Position numbers and translations under genes: made by a program | Shown here: one piece after another, positions 9,564 through 18,913 of the stretch | Numbering within the stretch: the stretch's first letter is position 1 | Layout of the letters: each line of letters begins with the position of its first letter | Notes under the pieces: generated by a model | Database searches by the model: none | Told to the model about the DNA's origin: nothing | Seen by the model: the letters and a program-made list of their open reading frames with translations, nothing else | From: a virus | Taxonomy: Duplodnaviria; Caudoviricetes | Reading direction: 5' to 3' (one strand) | Length of the DNA stretch: 64,000 nt | Virus record (IMG/VR): IMGVR_UViG_3300032218_003007 | Location: 37,647 to 101,646 of that record

Positions 9564-10560
9564 ATTTTTTTCCTTCAGGATAAGCAGCACATAGGAAATC
9601 TACATAGTTTTGTGCTTGATCGCTGATACGATTCAGCGCATATTTTCCACAAAATTTTAGAAACTTGGTGCCTACTTGAGATACATTCTTGGGCACTGAA
9701 TTAACTGTGATAGTTTCATTGATCCATTCACGCACTCGTGCAGGTTGCGCAGACAAATCTACTAAAATACGATTTCGCTCATAATCATCTAATACTCGAT
9801 GCTCTTCACCATTATGATCAACCCAACGTTGCAGCATCAGGTTATTCCACGCAAAACCTTTTCTGGACCTATCCTGATATGCTTCTTGCAATCCTACTTT
9901 GTTTTTCGTGCCTTTAGTCCTGACGCCGGGAAATGCACTGAATACGTTATCTGATGGGTCGCCACGCATGCATTTTTCAAAAAGGATCCACTGTGGATCT
10001 GGGATTTTTTTTGGTTCCTTAGTTTTCTTATCTTGCACTGGGGCACCTTTTTTGTCAAAAATGCCTTCAATCGTGTGTAATTCATCGGTTATGCCATTAT
10101 ATTGTTTTACGTTCGGTGCTAGCAATTGATGAAAGTCAGTGTCACTGCTGACAATAATGTGTTGATCATTAGTATGAGTCTGAATCCAGCCAGCAATAAG
10201 ATCATCTGCTTCTAGTTCAGCATGACGCAGACAAGTGCAGTTAGTCTTTTCTTCTAGAAAAGTTTTTAGGTCATCTAGTCCTTGCCAGAATAGTTTGTCT
10301 TCAATCTGTTCTGATTCATTCAAGGCAGCACGCGCCACTGCACGATTCTTTTTATAAGGTTCGTAAAAGTCTTTGCGCCAGCTACGACCTTCGAGACAGA
10401 TAACCACATGATCAGCATGCTGTTCTCGCCAGGCTTTAGCAATACTGTTCAGTGTTACATGAACTGCAAAAGCTACTTTTTCTTCCGAGTCCTGCGAACG
10501 ATGCGCAGAAAACCGAGCACGAAAATAAGTGTTTGTTAGGTCTACAAGTAAATATTTCAT
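9550..10560 (-). CDS. rnh: RNase H / 5'-3' flap exonuclease (T4 rnh family)
   Basis: YLLVD, SWRKDFYEPYKKNR, EADDLIA, VSSDTDF, GDPSDNV. Start set at MKYLLVD. Confidence 0.92.
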   Translation of the reverse strand: MKYLLVDLTNTYFRARFSAHRSQDSEEKVAFAVHVTLNSIAKAWREQHADHVVICLEGRSWRKDFYEPYKKNRAVARAALNESEQIEDKLFWQGLDDLKTFLEEKTNCTCLRHAELEADDLIAGWIQTHTNDQHIIVSSDTDFHQLLAPNVKQYNGITDELHTIEGIFDKKGAPVQDKKTKEPKKIPDPQWILFEKCMRGDPSDNVFSAFPGVRTKGTKNKVGLQEAYQDRSRKGFAWNNLMLQRWVDHNGEEHRVLDDYERNRILVDLSAQPARVREWINETITVNSVPKNVSQVGTKFLKFCGKYALNRISDQAQNYVDFLCAAYPEGKKYEMV

Positions 10561-10605
10561 ACTGAACATGATAACATCATGAAAAAAGAACGGCAAAGAT
10601 TTTGG

Positions 10606-10989
10606 CTAAGAAATACCAGATTTACCGTCGCCGTAGTCTTCATAGCCTGTTTTTCGCACGGTAGCATAGTTCGCTTCCCATTGTTCATAGTTTTCAGCTA
10701 ACACATTTCGGCAAACATCTCTGAACCATAAATCTACCATATCAGAGTCAGTCTTGCCTTTGTATCCAGCTCGTACTAAATTGGTGATGAATTTATCATT
10801 CCAATCTAATTCAAAGGCGCCGTTGCCGATGTTGTCTGGATCTAGTTCGACATTGAGAATCGCTACATAAGGTTCGCCTTTTTTGGTAGCAATTTCTTTG
10901 GCAGTCTTCTTAGGTTTTGGCGCAGGGTTTGGTGATTCAGTTTGATCAGAAACAGGTTTCTTATTTTTAAAAATATCAAATAATGCCAT
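10606..10989 (-). CDS. Hypothetical phage protein
   Basis: Start moved to MALFDIF, directly after the queE stop. Confidence 0.7.
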   Translation of the reverse strand: MALFDIFKNKKPVSDQTESPNPAPKPKKTAKEIATKKGEPYVAILNVELDPDNIGNGAFELDWNDKFITNLVRAGYKGKTDSDMVDLWFRDVCRNVLAENYEQWEANYATVRKTGYEDYGDGKSGIS

Positions 10990-10990
10990 G

Positions 10991-11821
10991 TTATGTACCC
11001 CAACTATTTTTGAAAAGTGGCACTTGTAAACGATCACTGTAACGAAGACCATGCTTCATTGCTAGATCTGCCACTCGACGATTATTTAGTGCATACACAG
11101 ATTCAGTGCCCCCCACTGGCATTAAATACACTGGACCTTGAAATCCTGTGTCACGATAAATGTCAATCACTTCCAATGCTTCAGCAGCGTCTTCTTCGGT
11201 AGCTATTACAAACTTCAAATATGTATAGCCTACATTTGCATATTCCTTTACAATTTCAGGATTGATCGAATCTTTACGAGATTCTCCGCTACAGCTCAAT
11301 TTAGGACTCACACTAAATGTGACTTCTTCCCAATCCCAAATATTTAATGCACTGATTAATTCTCGACTTAGCGTTTGAGTTCCATTTGTCTCAAAAGTAA
11401 TTTCTTGAACATTTCGCATTTTTTCGTGCATCAATAAATCAGGATAACACCGCTGCCACCCAAGTAGTGGTTCGCCGCCAGTGATGACTAGATGTTCATC
11501 TCGCCATTCACCATGTGGCAGCAGTGTCATGATCTGTTCTACGATCTGCTCTGAATCCATTATAGGACTCATATGCTTGAAGTTATGATGCCAACTGGCA
11601 TAACTATCGCAACCAGTGGATACCAACGGTAGATCTCGATAGTCTGCATACTTGTTGGCATCAATATCATCAGCTTCAGTGCTGAGTTGTCCTCGTGGCA
11701 TACCGAAGCCCTTACAAGAAAAATTGCAGCCAAAGGTGCGCAGAAAGATACTAGGAACTCCCATGTATCTGCCTTCTCCCTGGATACTATAGAAGAGTTC
11801 AGAGATCTTGATCTTGCTCAT
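10991..11821 (-). CDS. queE: 7-carboxy-7-deazaguanine synthase (radical SAM)
   Basis: ELFYSIQGEG, FLRTFGCNFSC...CDS, ITGGEP, ETNGT, VSPK; adjacent to queD. Confidence 0.92.
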   Translation of the reverse strand: MSKIKISELFYSIQGEGRYMGVPSIFLRTFGCNFSCKGFGMPRGQLSTEADDIDANKYADYRDLPLVSTGCDSYASWHHNFKHMSPIMDSEQIVEQIMTLLPHGEWRDEHLVITGGEPLLGWQRCYPDLLMHEKMRNVQEITFETNGTQTLSRELISALNIWDWEEVTFSVSPKLSCSGESRKDSINPEIVKEYANVGYTYLKFVIATEEDAAEALEVIDIYRDTGFQGPVYLMPVGGTESVYALNNRRVADLAMKHGLRYSDRLQVPLFKNSWGT

Positions 11822-11822
11822 T

Positions 11823-12248
11823 TTATACCTCTACCGTAACACTACATTTACGTGTTTCTTCAATGTCTACCCGAATCAATTTGGCATCTGTTCCAGACAA
11901 CTGAATAGGACCAATAACATCTACCAAATACTGCCCCATATTTTCTGCAGTAGGATTAAACGGAACGATAACTACACCATGTGGATCTAATGCTGAAATA
12001 GGTGATGCCCATGAATCCTGATCCCACAGAAGAAACTTATGATCCCAGTTGTCTTCTAGCCAGCTGCACAGCAATTCCTTGATCACACTAAAGTCTAGCA
12101 CTCGACCAATATTGTCTAGCTGTGGCGCTTCAATCGTGAAATGAACACGATAGTTATGCCCATGCATATGAGCACATTTGCTTTCATGTTGAAAAACTCG
12201 ATGCCCTGCACTAAAATCATGATACCGACTTGCTGTGATTTTAGTCAT
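11823..12248 (-). CDS. queD: 6-carboxytetrahydropterin synthase
   Basis: FSAGH, CAHMHGHNY, LDFSVIK, WDHKFL, NPTAEN, IEET. Confidence 0.93.
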   Translation of the reverse strand: MTKITASRYHDFSAGHRVFQHESKCAHMHGHNYRVHFTIEAPQLDNIGRVLDFSVIKELLCSWLEDNWDHKFLLWDQDSWASPISALDPHGVVIVPFNPTAENMGQYLVDVIGPIQLSGTDAKLIRVDIEETRKCSVTVEV

Positions 12249-12441
12249 TGTTGGAACCCTTCATTGCATCGCCGATCGCATGATTACGATTGACACGAAC
12301 TTTAGACTGTTCTTGCGTTGCTGTTACCCACATACGAATGAATAATTTAAACATAGAAGGATCCTTTAGTGACAGTGACAGACCGCGTGCCTGACTCTTG
12401 ATTGCCTTTGGTACATTTGTTGATTTGCTTGTATACGCCAT
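12241..12441 (-). CDS. Small hypothetical protein
   Basis: 66 aa, AAGGA RBS. Confidence 0.55.
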   Translation of the reverse strand: MAYTSKSTNVPKAIKSQARGLSLSLKDPSMFKLFIRMWVTATQEQSKVRVNRNHAIGDAMKGSNND

Positions 12442-12518
12442 TTATTTTTCCTTGTGCTTGATTTTAGTACGTTTGTGCTAGATTTTAGCACAATTTAGTG
12501 TTGTCAATCAGTTGACTT

Positions 12519-12839
12519 TCAACATAAAATATTTTCTTCATGTAAAAGTTCTTTCATATTATGTTTCCATATGTGCTTATCGAACTTTAAAATAAACATC
12601 AATGCTACACTAGCATCTTCTGCACAAAAATACAAACGTACTGGCACCATATCTGGTCCTATAAAACACCATTTGCTGTTGCCATATGCTAGATAATGTT
12701 TAGTAAAAATTTGTCCCCATGAACCTGACTCTATTCTAGAATTTACCTTGCCGCCGATATTGCGATACCATTCAACTATTTCTTCTGTGATTGTATCAAG
12801 ATCAATGGCAATAGGATTCAACCAGTTGCTTATGTTCAT
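12519..12839 (-). CDS. Hypothetical phage protein
   Basis: 106 aa, TAATG coupling to the upstream gene. Confidence 0.65.
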   Translation of the reverse strand: MNISNWLNPIAIDLDTITEEIVEWYRNIGGKVNSRIESGSWGQIFTKHYLAYGNSKWCFIGPDMVPVRLYFCAEDASVALMFILKFDKHIWKHNMKELLHEENILC

Positions 12840-13309
12840 TAACAGTCTTCACCTGAAGTTGCCGGTGGATTTAATGAATCCATATAAGGTTTGATATTTG
12901 GATCATCAGCAAGATTGCCCCCAAACAAACTAGGTTGATTTAACTTGGTATTCCAAGTGCCATAAGGATATGGTGGCATGGTATTTGGTGTGACGGTGAT
13001 CGGCATGCTATATTGGTCTAAATCCCAACTTGGCTTCTGATTCATCTGATTCAACATCTTTTCGTATATATCAGCGTGCTCGATTTTATTGAGTCTGCGA
13101 TTGATATTATTAACATCATCAAACAAACGACGCAGCGGACCTTTTGTTACTTGGTCATGATCACTTTTAGTTCTAATTAATGCACTGATCACCAACAAAT
13201 CTTGCAGCGCACGCTGCACACGAGGGTCATTACTGGATATAGCTTCATCAAACAACTCGATGAATGTGTCTAGATCTAGATCTGCTTGATCCCTTTCTCG
13301 ACTTGACAT
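12839..13309 (-). CDS. Hypothetical phage protein
   Basis: 156 aa, GGAG RBS. Confidence 0.7.
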   Translation of the reverse strand: MSSRERDQADLDLDTFIELFDEAISSNDPRVQRALQDLLVISALIRTKSDHDQVTKGPLRRLFDDVNNINRRLNKIEHADIYEKMLNQMNQKPSWDLDQYSMPITVTPNTMPPYPYGTWNTKLNQPSLFGGNLADDPNIKPYMDSLNPPATSGEDC

Positions 13310-13320
13310 TATGATTTCTC

Positions 13321-14013
13321 CTAGTAATTGCCGCTGTGACCTTTCATGGTCTGCAGCAGTTGATAAAATTCTTGACGGAGTTCTGCGGATGTTCTGAATC
13401 GGCCTAGCATGATTGCTGTGCTCATGTCAGAGTTGTGTTCTCGAACACCACGCTGACTCATGCAAAAATGTTCTGCTTTTACGACCACAGCAACATTATC
13501 AGTTTTGGCATATTCTTTTAGTGCATCTGCAATCTGTGTGGTCATTTCTTCTTGAATCTGTGGACGCTCGCAAATGTGATGAACAATGCGATTAAACTTG
13601 CTCAGACCAATAACCTCAGATTCAGGCACAATACCAACCCAACAATTGCCAACAATATTTTGGAAGTGATGAGCGCAGGTGCTGCGAATGCTGATAGGAC
13701 CAGTGGTATACAAACTCTGATAACCCATGTTTGGAAATGCAGTGACCTTGGGCATAGGACGATATCTTCCACTGAAAGTTTCTCGCACAAACATCTTGGC
13801 TACACGACGCGCAGTGTCTTGTGTGTTGTGATCTCTGTCGGTGTCAATCACCAAACTATCCAACACATCTTGGAACTTGCCAGCTACTTCATTCACTAGT
13901 TCATCCAACTCATCAGAACTCAAGATAAATTCTGAAATATTGTCATTGCTGTGATAACGAGAGCCAGCTGCTTCAATGCGATCTCGGATTCGTTGACTGA
14001 TAGGTTGTTTCAT
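13321..14013 (-). CDS. folE: GTP cyclohydrolase I
   Basis: TARRVAKM, STCAHH, IGLSKFNR, RPQIQE, HFCMSQRGV. Confidence 0.96.
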   Translation of the reverse strand: MKQPISQRIRDRIEAAGSRYHSNDNISEFILSSDELDELVNEVAGKFQDVLDSLVIDTDRDHNTQDTARRVAKMFVRETFSGRYRPMPKVTAFPNMGYQSLYTTGPISIRSTCAHHFQNIVGNCWVGIVPESEVIGLSKFNRIVHHICERPQIQEEMTTQIADALKEYAKTDNVAVVVKAEHFCMSQRGVREHNSDMSTAIMLGRFRTSAELRQEFYQLLQTMKGHSGNY

Positions 14014-14159
14014 GATAACTCCAAATTTGAATAATCGCTATAATAAAGTACTTAGGCACTGGTTGTCAATACACACCGGCAGAACTGCTGAATGATATAA
14101 ATTCAGATCTCACCAAATGCGATTTACGACAACCAGCCCGGTACTGTCTTTATTAGTGA

Positions 14160-14366
14160 TTAAACTCTATCCATGCTAGCAGCTTCTTTGAAAAGTTCAT
14201 AAAGCTCTTCTACAGTACTGACCATGATCTTTACAGTGGTATAATCATCTTTGCTATTACGACCAGTGAGTTCAAACATAAATCCATTGTCGTACATGTA
14301 AACATGAAACCCATCATCAACCTTGGTTAGTTTTTCATTGATCTTGTTGATAATTTTTCTAGCCAT
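14160..14366 (-). CDS. Small hypothetical protein
   Basis: 68 aa, AAGGAG RBS. Confidence 0.7.
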   Translation of the reverse strand: MARKIINKINEKLTKVDDGFHVYMYDNGFMFELTGRNSKDDYTTVKIMVSTVEELYELFKEAASMDRV

Positions 14367-14377
14367 TGCAATCTCCT

Positions 14378-14626
14378 TTAACGAATATTAGTTGGACGGA
14401 AGTCGCGCCGCTCGCTTTTTGGACGAGCAGTCCAGTTATCCTTGGGTGGCTTGCCGTTCTTAACACGCTGCATTTCGCCCCAAGGCGTTTTTTCATTGTA
14501 TAGATGGGATTCATCATAGATATAGCCTTGCCACTTGCAGAACTCCAAGTATTCTTCCAGGTCATCGAAGATTCGATTGACTTCAGGCTTGCGGTGTGTG
14601 TACTTTTTAAGCCATTCTTTTGCCAT
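14378..14626 (-). CDS. Small hypothetical protein
   Basis: Start at MAKEWL after a GAAGGA RBS. Confidence 0.7.
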   Translation of the reverse strand: MAKEWLKKYTHRKPEVNRIFDDLEEYLEFCKWQGYIYDESHLYNEKTPWGEMQRVKNGKPPKDNWTARPKSERRDFRPTNIR

Positions 14627-14637
14627 TTTAATTTCCT

Positions 14638-14979
14638 TCAATAGTCTATAGTTGCATAACTGGTTACGTGACCAGTGTTTCCGTCTTGTGTGATTTCTAT
14701 CACCATTTCTCTGTTAAAGAATTTATTGGTCAATAGGAGATAAAGCTCGTCAGACATATCATTGTGTACTTTTAAAGATCCATCATAATATAATGATTCG
14801 ATCCATGTTTTCAACTCTATTTCAGATGAGATTTGCCTATCTGTATTTTCGATGTAGATTTTGATCTGTCTGAGTATTTTTGGTTCATATGAATCTGCTA
14901 GACAGACTGCGGTCACGATCATTCTTTTAGATCTTGACTTGATTTGCTCTAGCAGTGCTCGTTCCTGCATGTTAATCAT
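14638..14979 (-). CDS. Degenerate QueD-like T-fold protein (DpdL-like)
   Basis: Coupled to the dpdA-like gene. DRQI..IELKTWIESLY, MSDELY and IEITQDGNTG resemble DRDIEFIQFKRWLE..Y / EMIADDLY / IEVSEDGENG of phage QueD paralogues as I recall them. The HRH motif is absent. Confidence 0.5.
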   Translation of the reverse strand: MINMQERALLEQIKSRSKRMIVTAVCLADSYEPKILRQIKIYIENTDRQISSEIELKTWIESLYYDGSLKVHNDMSDELYLLLTNKFFNREMVIEITQDGNTGHVTSYATIDY

Positions 14980-16634
14980 ACTTGACTAAACAAATCATTG
15001 AATGTTGAATGAATCTCAGGTTTATCAGAATCAATTTTTTCTAGATCGTTGGTCCAAGCATTGATATCTTGTTCAAAGTGTTGATTATACATTGTACTAG
15101 AGTTAATAGTTTTTTTACCAATGTTCCCACTTACACCAAGAATATTCATCCAAAAACTTCCATACCGATCAATGATCTCTAATGATTTAGCTTTGGTAGG
15201 AGCAGCGAAAACTTTTTCGATAACATCAGATACATATTCGTGATCTCCGCGAATATTTCTCAGCATTGCTGGATATCTACCATCGTCATATTCACGATTA
15301 GCCCGCTGTACAGATTCAATATGCATCCACACATTGTGCGCCTGCAGCAGCGGATACGTAAAACCGTCCCAACTATTGTTAGTGCGAGTACCTACACACA
15401 TATCGCTGATTTTAAGCCTAGAAGTGACCGGACTATCCTCAAAATGCCCGAAATGATCCAAATAATCCGTGATTGCTACATCTCTGACGCTACGTGTATC
15501 TTTTGCATATTTGTGATTATCAATATGACGAGTCATTCGATAAGTCCACTTGGCAGCATCTTTCAAATCAATATGATGATAAATCTGTCCAGTTGCTGCT
15601 GCGAGAAAAGGACTCGCACAGTCAAAACTGATGGTAAAATCAGGATTCCAATGACGTCGAATACTACGCTGCATCGCAGTGAGTAATACTGCCCACTCTA
15701 ACCTACTAATACCCAACAAATGCATCCAATCATGCAATCCTTGTTCTAACAAGCCGTCGTAGCGAAGTAATACCAAACGCTTAAGCAACAAATGTACATC
15801 ACATTTGTTTTGTCCGCCCATTGCCCATCCATCGAAATGGCGACCAGGATATTTCTTGGGATCACAATAATGTTTCATAGTATCATACCAGATTTCTGCA
15901 GATGCGTGGTTAATGCCATGCAACACATTCAGAAACTTGGTACCACCGTTGTCCTTGCCTTTGCGATTGGCAATGAAATATTCGTTATTGTATTTGGTGC
16001 CGTCTACTGCTTCTTTGAGAGTGGTAACGCAGGTTGCTTTCACCGCATTAGGATCACGAATGATCCAATTAGGAATATCTAGTGTCATACTATAATCGGC
16101 AACGGTGTCTAGCCAGGTAAGAATCTGAGTTCGTTTATCATCAGCAGCTTTTAGCTTGTTCAACTGTTGCTGATAAGGATCAACTTGCACAATCTTTTTG
16201 CCTTTTTTAATGCTTACGGGGCCTGCAGACATTAAATCATTCAGAGTTTTCTTGACTTCTGAACTATTGGGATCTCTCCAATCACCAGCCCACACACCTT
16301 TGCCAATCTGAAAGCCGCCGGAATCACCTACAATAAATGAACCTGGCTCTCGATTGCGAATCATGTCTTCACTTTCATCAAATTTAGATACATCTAGATT
16401 TACATGTCCACCAGAACTCAAGGTCCAACGATATGGAAACAGTGCTTTCTTACTGTTAAGCCAATTCAATTGTTCTAAATCTTGAATTTGCGCAGGAAAT
16501 CTGGCTGGATTTACAGCATTTTTAAATCTTTGTTCTGAAATAATTGATGAAAACGACGGACTCAATGCAGGCAGAAAGATTGCATAATCCTTCTGCTTGG
16601 CTGTCAAGTTATCTTGTGGATATAGATCGGACAT
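14976..16634 (-). CDS. dpdA: TGT-fold DNA-guanine transglycosylase (DpdA-like)
   Basis: GDSGGFQ catalytic motif, MTLDIP, LNVLHG, GWAMGG, MHLLG, SFDCASP; clustered with folE/queD/queE. Start set at MSDLYP (16634). Confidence 0.78.
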   Translation of the reverse strand: MSDLYPQDNLTAKQKDYAIFLPALSPSFSSIISEQRFKNAVNPARFPAQIQDLEQLNWLNSKKALFPYRWTLSSGGHVNLDVSKFDESEDMIRNREPGSFIVGDSGGFQIGKGVWAGDWRDPNSSEVKKTLNDLMSAGPVSIKKGKKIVQVDPYQQQLNKLKAADDKRTQILTWLDTVADYSMTLDIPNWIIRDPNAVKATCVTTLKEAVDGTKYNNEYFIANRKGKDNGGTKFLNVLHGINHASAEIWYDTMKHYCDPKKYPGRHFDGWAMGGQNKCDVHLLLKRLVLLRYDGLLEQGLHDWMHLLGISRLEWAVLLTAMQRSIRRHWNPDFTISFDCASPFLAAATGQIYHHIDLKDAAKWTYRMTRHIDNHKYAKDTRSVRDVAITDYLDHFGHFEDSPVTSRLKISDMCVGTRTNNSWDGFTYPLLQAHNVWMHIESVQRANREYDDGRYPAMLRNIRGDHEYVSDVIEKVFAAPTKAKSLEIIDRYGSFWMNILGVSGNIGKKTINSSTMYNQHFEQDINAWTNDLEKIDSDKPEIHSTFNDLFSQV

Positions 16635-16635
16635 G

Positions 16636-17373
16636 TTATTTGGTCTGTGCTGGGATGATGTACTCATAATCAGCGATTCCAGTATCGACTGTGATCTTGG
16701 CTGCACCCTCATCGCTGAACTTGAAGGTTTTATCGCCTGGCAAATTAAGAATGGTAATCACCGTGTTAACAGGCCATAACCAACCTTTGCTCAGATTTCC
16801 GCTAACATTAGGTTCAAATACAAAACTACCAGCATTGTTTGAAGGATCACCAAAATAGAACTTCAGTGAGCCATTTTCAGTCTTGGCCATAAAAGTAGTT
16901 TCGTCACTGTTGGCCGATGCTTGAGCCTTTAGACGCTGCAAACCTAGAACACTAGGAGCGATATCTACATTCCATTTCACGCCTTTGAACTTGACGCCTT
17001 TGAGCTTTTCGTTCACGACCTTGCTGTTCATCAAACGATAATCATTTTTGAAATCACCGTGCTTGTTTTCAAAATGAACACCGCTAAGCATATCTTCGCC
17101 TGTGTCTTCATCTTTCTTATAAGTCATGGTAATGTTTGCATCTTCACGATATTCGTCGATATTTAGAATAGTATTCAATCGAGATAGATTTGGTACACCA
17201 AATACGCCTTCAAATTCAGCGATTGGTGCTTTGAATTTGCCTTCGATGATTACTGTTCTATCTTCTGATACAGCGTTGATCAGTGTTTCTTCTGCAGAAC
17301 CAGTGATCTTGAGCAGGTCAACTTTATTAAGTCCATAAGTATACTGCACTATATTCTTGAGTATGTCTTTCAT
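16636..17373 (-). CDS. DNA polymerase sliding clamp (gp45-like)
   Basis: 245 aa, beta-rich, directly downstream of the polymerase, ends ...KITVDTGIADYEYIIP. Clamp loader present at 53840. Confidence 0.7.
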   Translation of the reverse strand: MKDILKNIVQYTYGLNKVDLLKITGSAEETLINAVSEDRTVIIEGKFKAPIAEFEGVFGVPNLSRLNTILNIDEYREDANITMTYKKDEDTGEDMLSGVHFENKHGDFKNDYRLMNSKVVNEKLKGVKFKGVKWNVDIAPSVLGLQRLKAQASANSDETTFMAKTENGSLKFYFGDPSNNAGSFVFEPNVSGNLSKGWLWPVNTVITILNLPGDKTFKFSDEGAAKITVDTGIADYEYIIPAQTK

Positions 17374-17438
17374 TAAATTCTCCGTGTAATGGATTTGATT
17401 ATATAATAATATTTAGGCAATGCAAGTGATATGGTAAT

Positions 17439-18463
17439 TTATTCAAATGTAAAAAGACTGCGGAAAGTACTTTTGATATCAGTGCGTGATGTCATGTCCC
17501 AATTCAGCACGCCTAATAAATTTTCTACTTTCTGATCAACAATAGTTGATTCCATCATATCATCATCGAACGGCAAATCTTTAAACCAAGAAGGAATATT
17601 TGATTCATCGATAGGATAACCTACACTTGTATATCCCAGTGGGTTATCCTTGATCTTGCAAACAATAGTTTTCATACCGTCCACGATTTTCATACTATAG
17701 TTATCGTTGAACATTTGTCTTAGACGATTCCAATTCATTGCAGCACGTACATGTCCAGGCATATTAGTTTTTCCATGAAGAGTTTCTGCTGTGCTGTATT
17801 TGGTAAGATTGTTTACACGTTTAGGAGTTCCTTTCTGCCAAGCAGGAAGATCTTTAAACATCAATTTGAACTCTCGCACTTTCGCGACAACGGTATCACG
17901 TTCAGCGCCGGTCAGCACATCCAACAGAATTTTGCTGAGAAAGTCCTGCACAATTTTAGGAGTATCCGAACGCTTTAAGTCTAATCCCATGGCTTTGACT
18001 TTTCCAGGTTTGCCATCGAAATCCAGTCGCTTGCCTTCAAGTTCATAGATCAACACAGCATAGCGCTTTTTCTTGATAAACAAACCTTTTTCTGCTACCA
18101 GTTCACGACCAGCCTGGATAATACTTCCCATATCTCGTGGGCAATGGCACGCACGTTCCATAAACGCCGGAAATGAATCGTTCACAGAATCTGCGATGGT
18201 ATCATACAGACCTACACAGATATCCTTGTTCCATTCCATGTTGCCTGCTTCTACTTCTGACTTCACGATAGGCCATGCTGAGAAATATACAGAGTCTGTG
18301 TCACCGTAGATAATGCTGTCACCGACATGATTGTACTCGCCGGCGATGGCTTCATTTACAAATGCATCCATGTGTTTGGCAATAATACGACCAGTGAGTG
18401 TTGTGCTTTGTCCAATACGATGGTCAAAGAATCTGCAGCCTGCATTTAGAATAGCGCCATATA
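17439..18463 (-). CDS. Family B DNA polymerase, C-terminal subunit, exon 2 (palm/thumb)
   Basis: Starts TA-TAT-GGC-GCT (L/YGAILNAGCRFFD...GQSTTLTGR), in frame with the 18371 ORF. Contains YGDTDS, KKRYA, KAMGLDLKRSD. Confidence 0.95.
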
Positions 18464-18726
18464 CATTTATGTTCAGCTAGTTTCACTATTGCTAGCCCGT
18501 TTATTAAAAAAACTGCCTCATATTTCTATAAGGATCAGACTATATCACCATCCACTAAGTATGGATGCTCCCCATTTCGACTCGCTTGAGTCTACGTCTT
18601 TCGACTAGTCGTTGAACCTTCGCATTATGCGCTTGGCTGCTGATTGTCTTCAACTTAATGGTAAGAGTTTCCAGCATTTAAAGGAGTTATTCAACCAATG
18701 TTGCCATTGGAGGTCGCAATAAGGTT
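18464..18726 (-). mobile_element. ORF-less group I intron (263 nt) in polymerase motif B
   Basis: P AAAUGCUGGAAA, Q AAUCAGCAGCC, R GUUCAACGACUAG, S UGAUAUAGUCUGA. The 5' exon ends in U paired to IGS GCGA; terminal G at 18464. Removal restores KKINLNS-L-YG. Confidence 0.95.
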
Positions 18727-18913
18727 ACGAATTTAAGTTGATCTTCTTGACCAACTGACGCTTATCCCAGAAAGCTACAGATTGTTTTACTGATTCAGTA
18801 TCTGAGTGAAAAATTTTGCCGTCTTTTATAACAAGATTATTATTATGGCAAAACTCTGTAAGTTCCTCTTTAGTTCCTGATTCCAGTATCGAATGTAACT
18901 TATTGAAGTCCAT
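18727..18913 (-). CDS. Family B DNA polymerase, C-terminal subunit, exon 1 (second fingers helix)
   Basis: AFWDKRQLVKKINLNS is the first half of motif B. AGAGG RBS lies inside the endonuclease gene end. Spliced product is 403 aa. Confidence 0.9.

Noticed and set aside
14976-16634. Canonical tRNA-guanine transglycosylase (tgt)
   Set aside because: It is much longer than Tgt, lacks the C-terminal CxCxxC...H zinc site and sits in the replication cluster, so a DNA-acting DpdA-like enzyme fits better.
18725-18913. 62-aa ORF as an independent small protein or pseudogene
   Set aside because: Its TAA spans the 5' splice site, and splicing restores motif B in frame.
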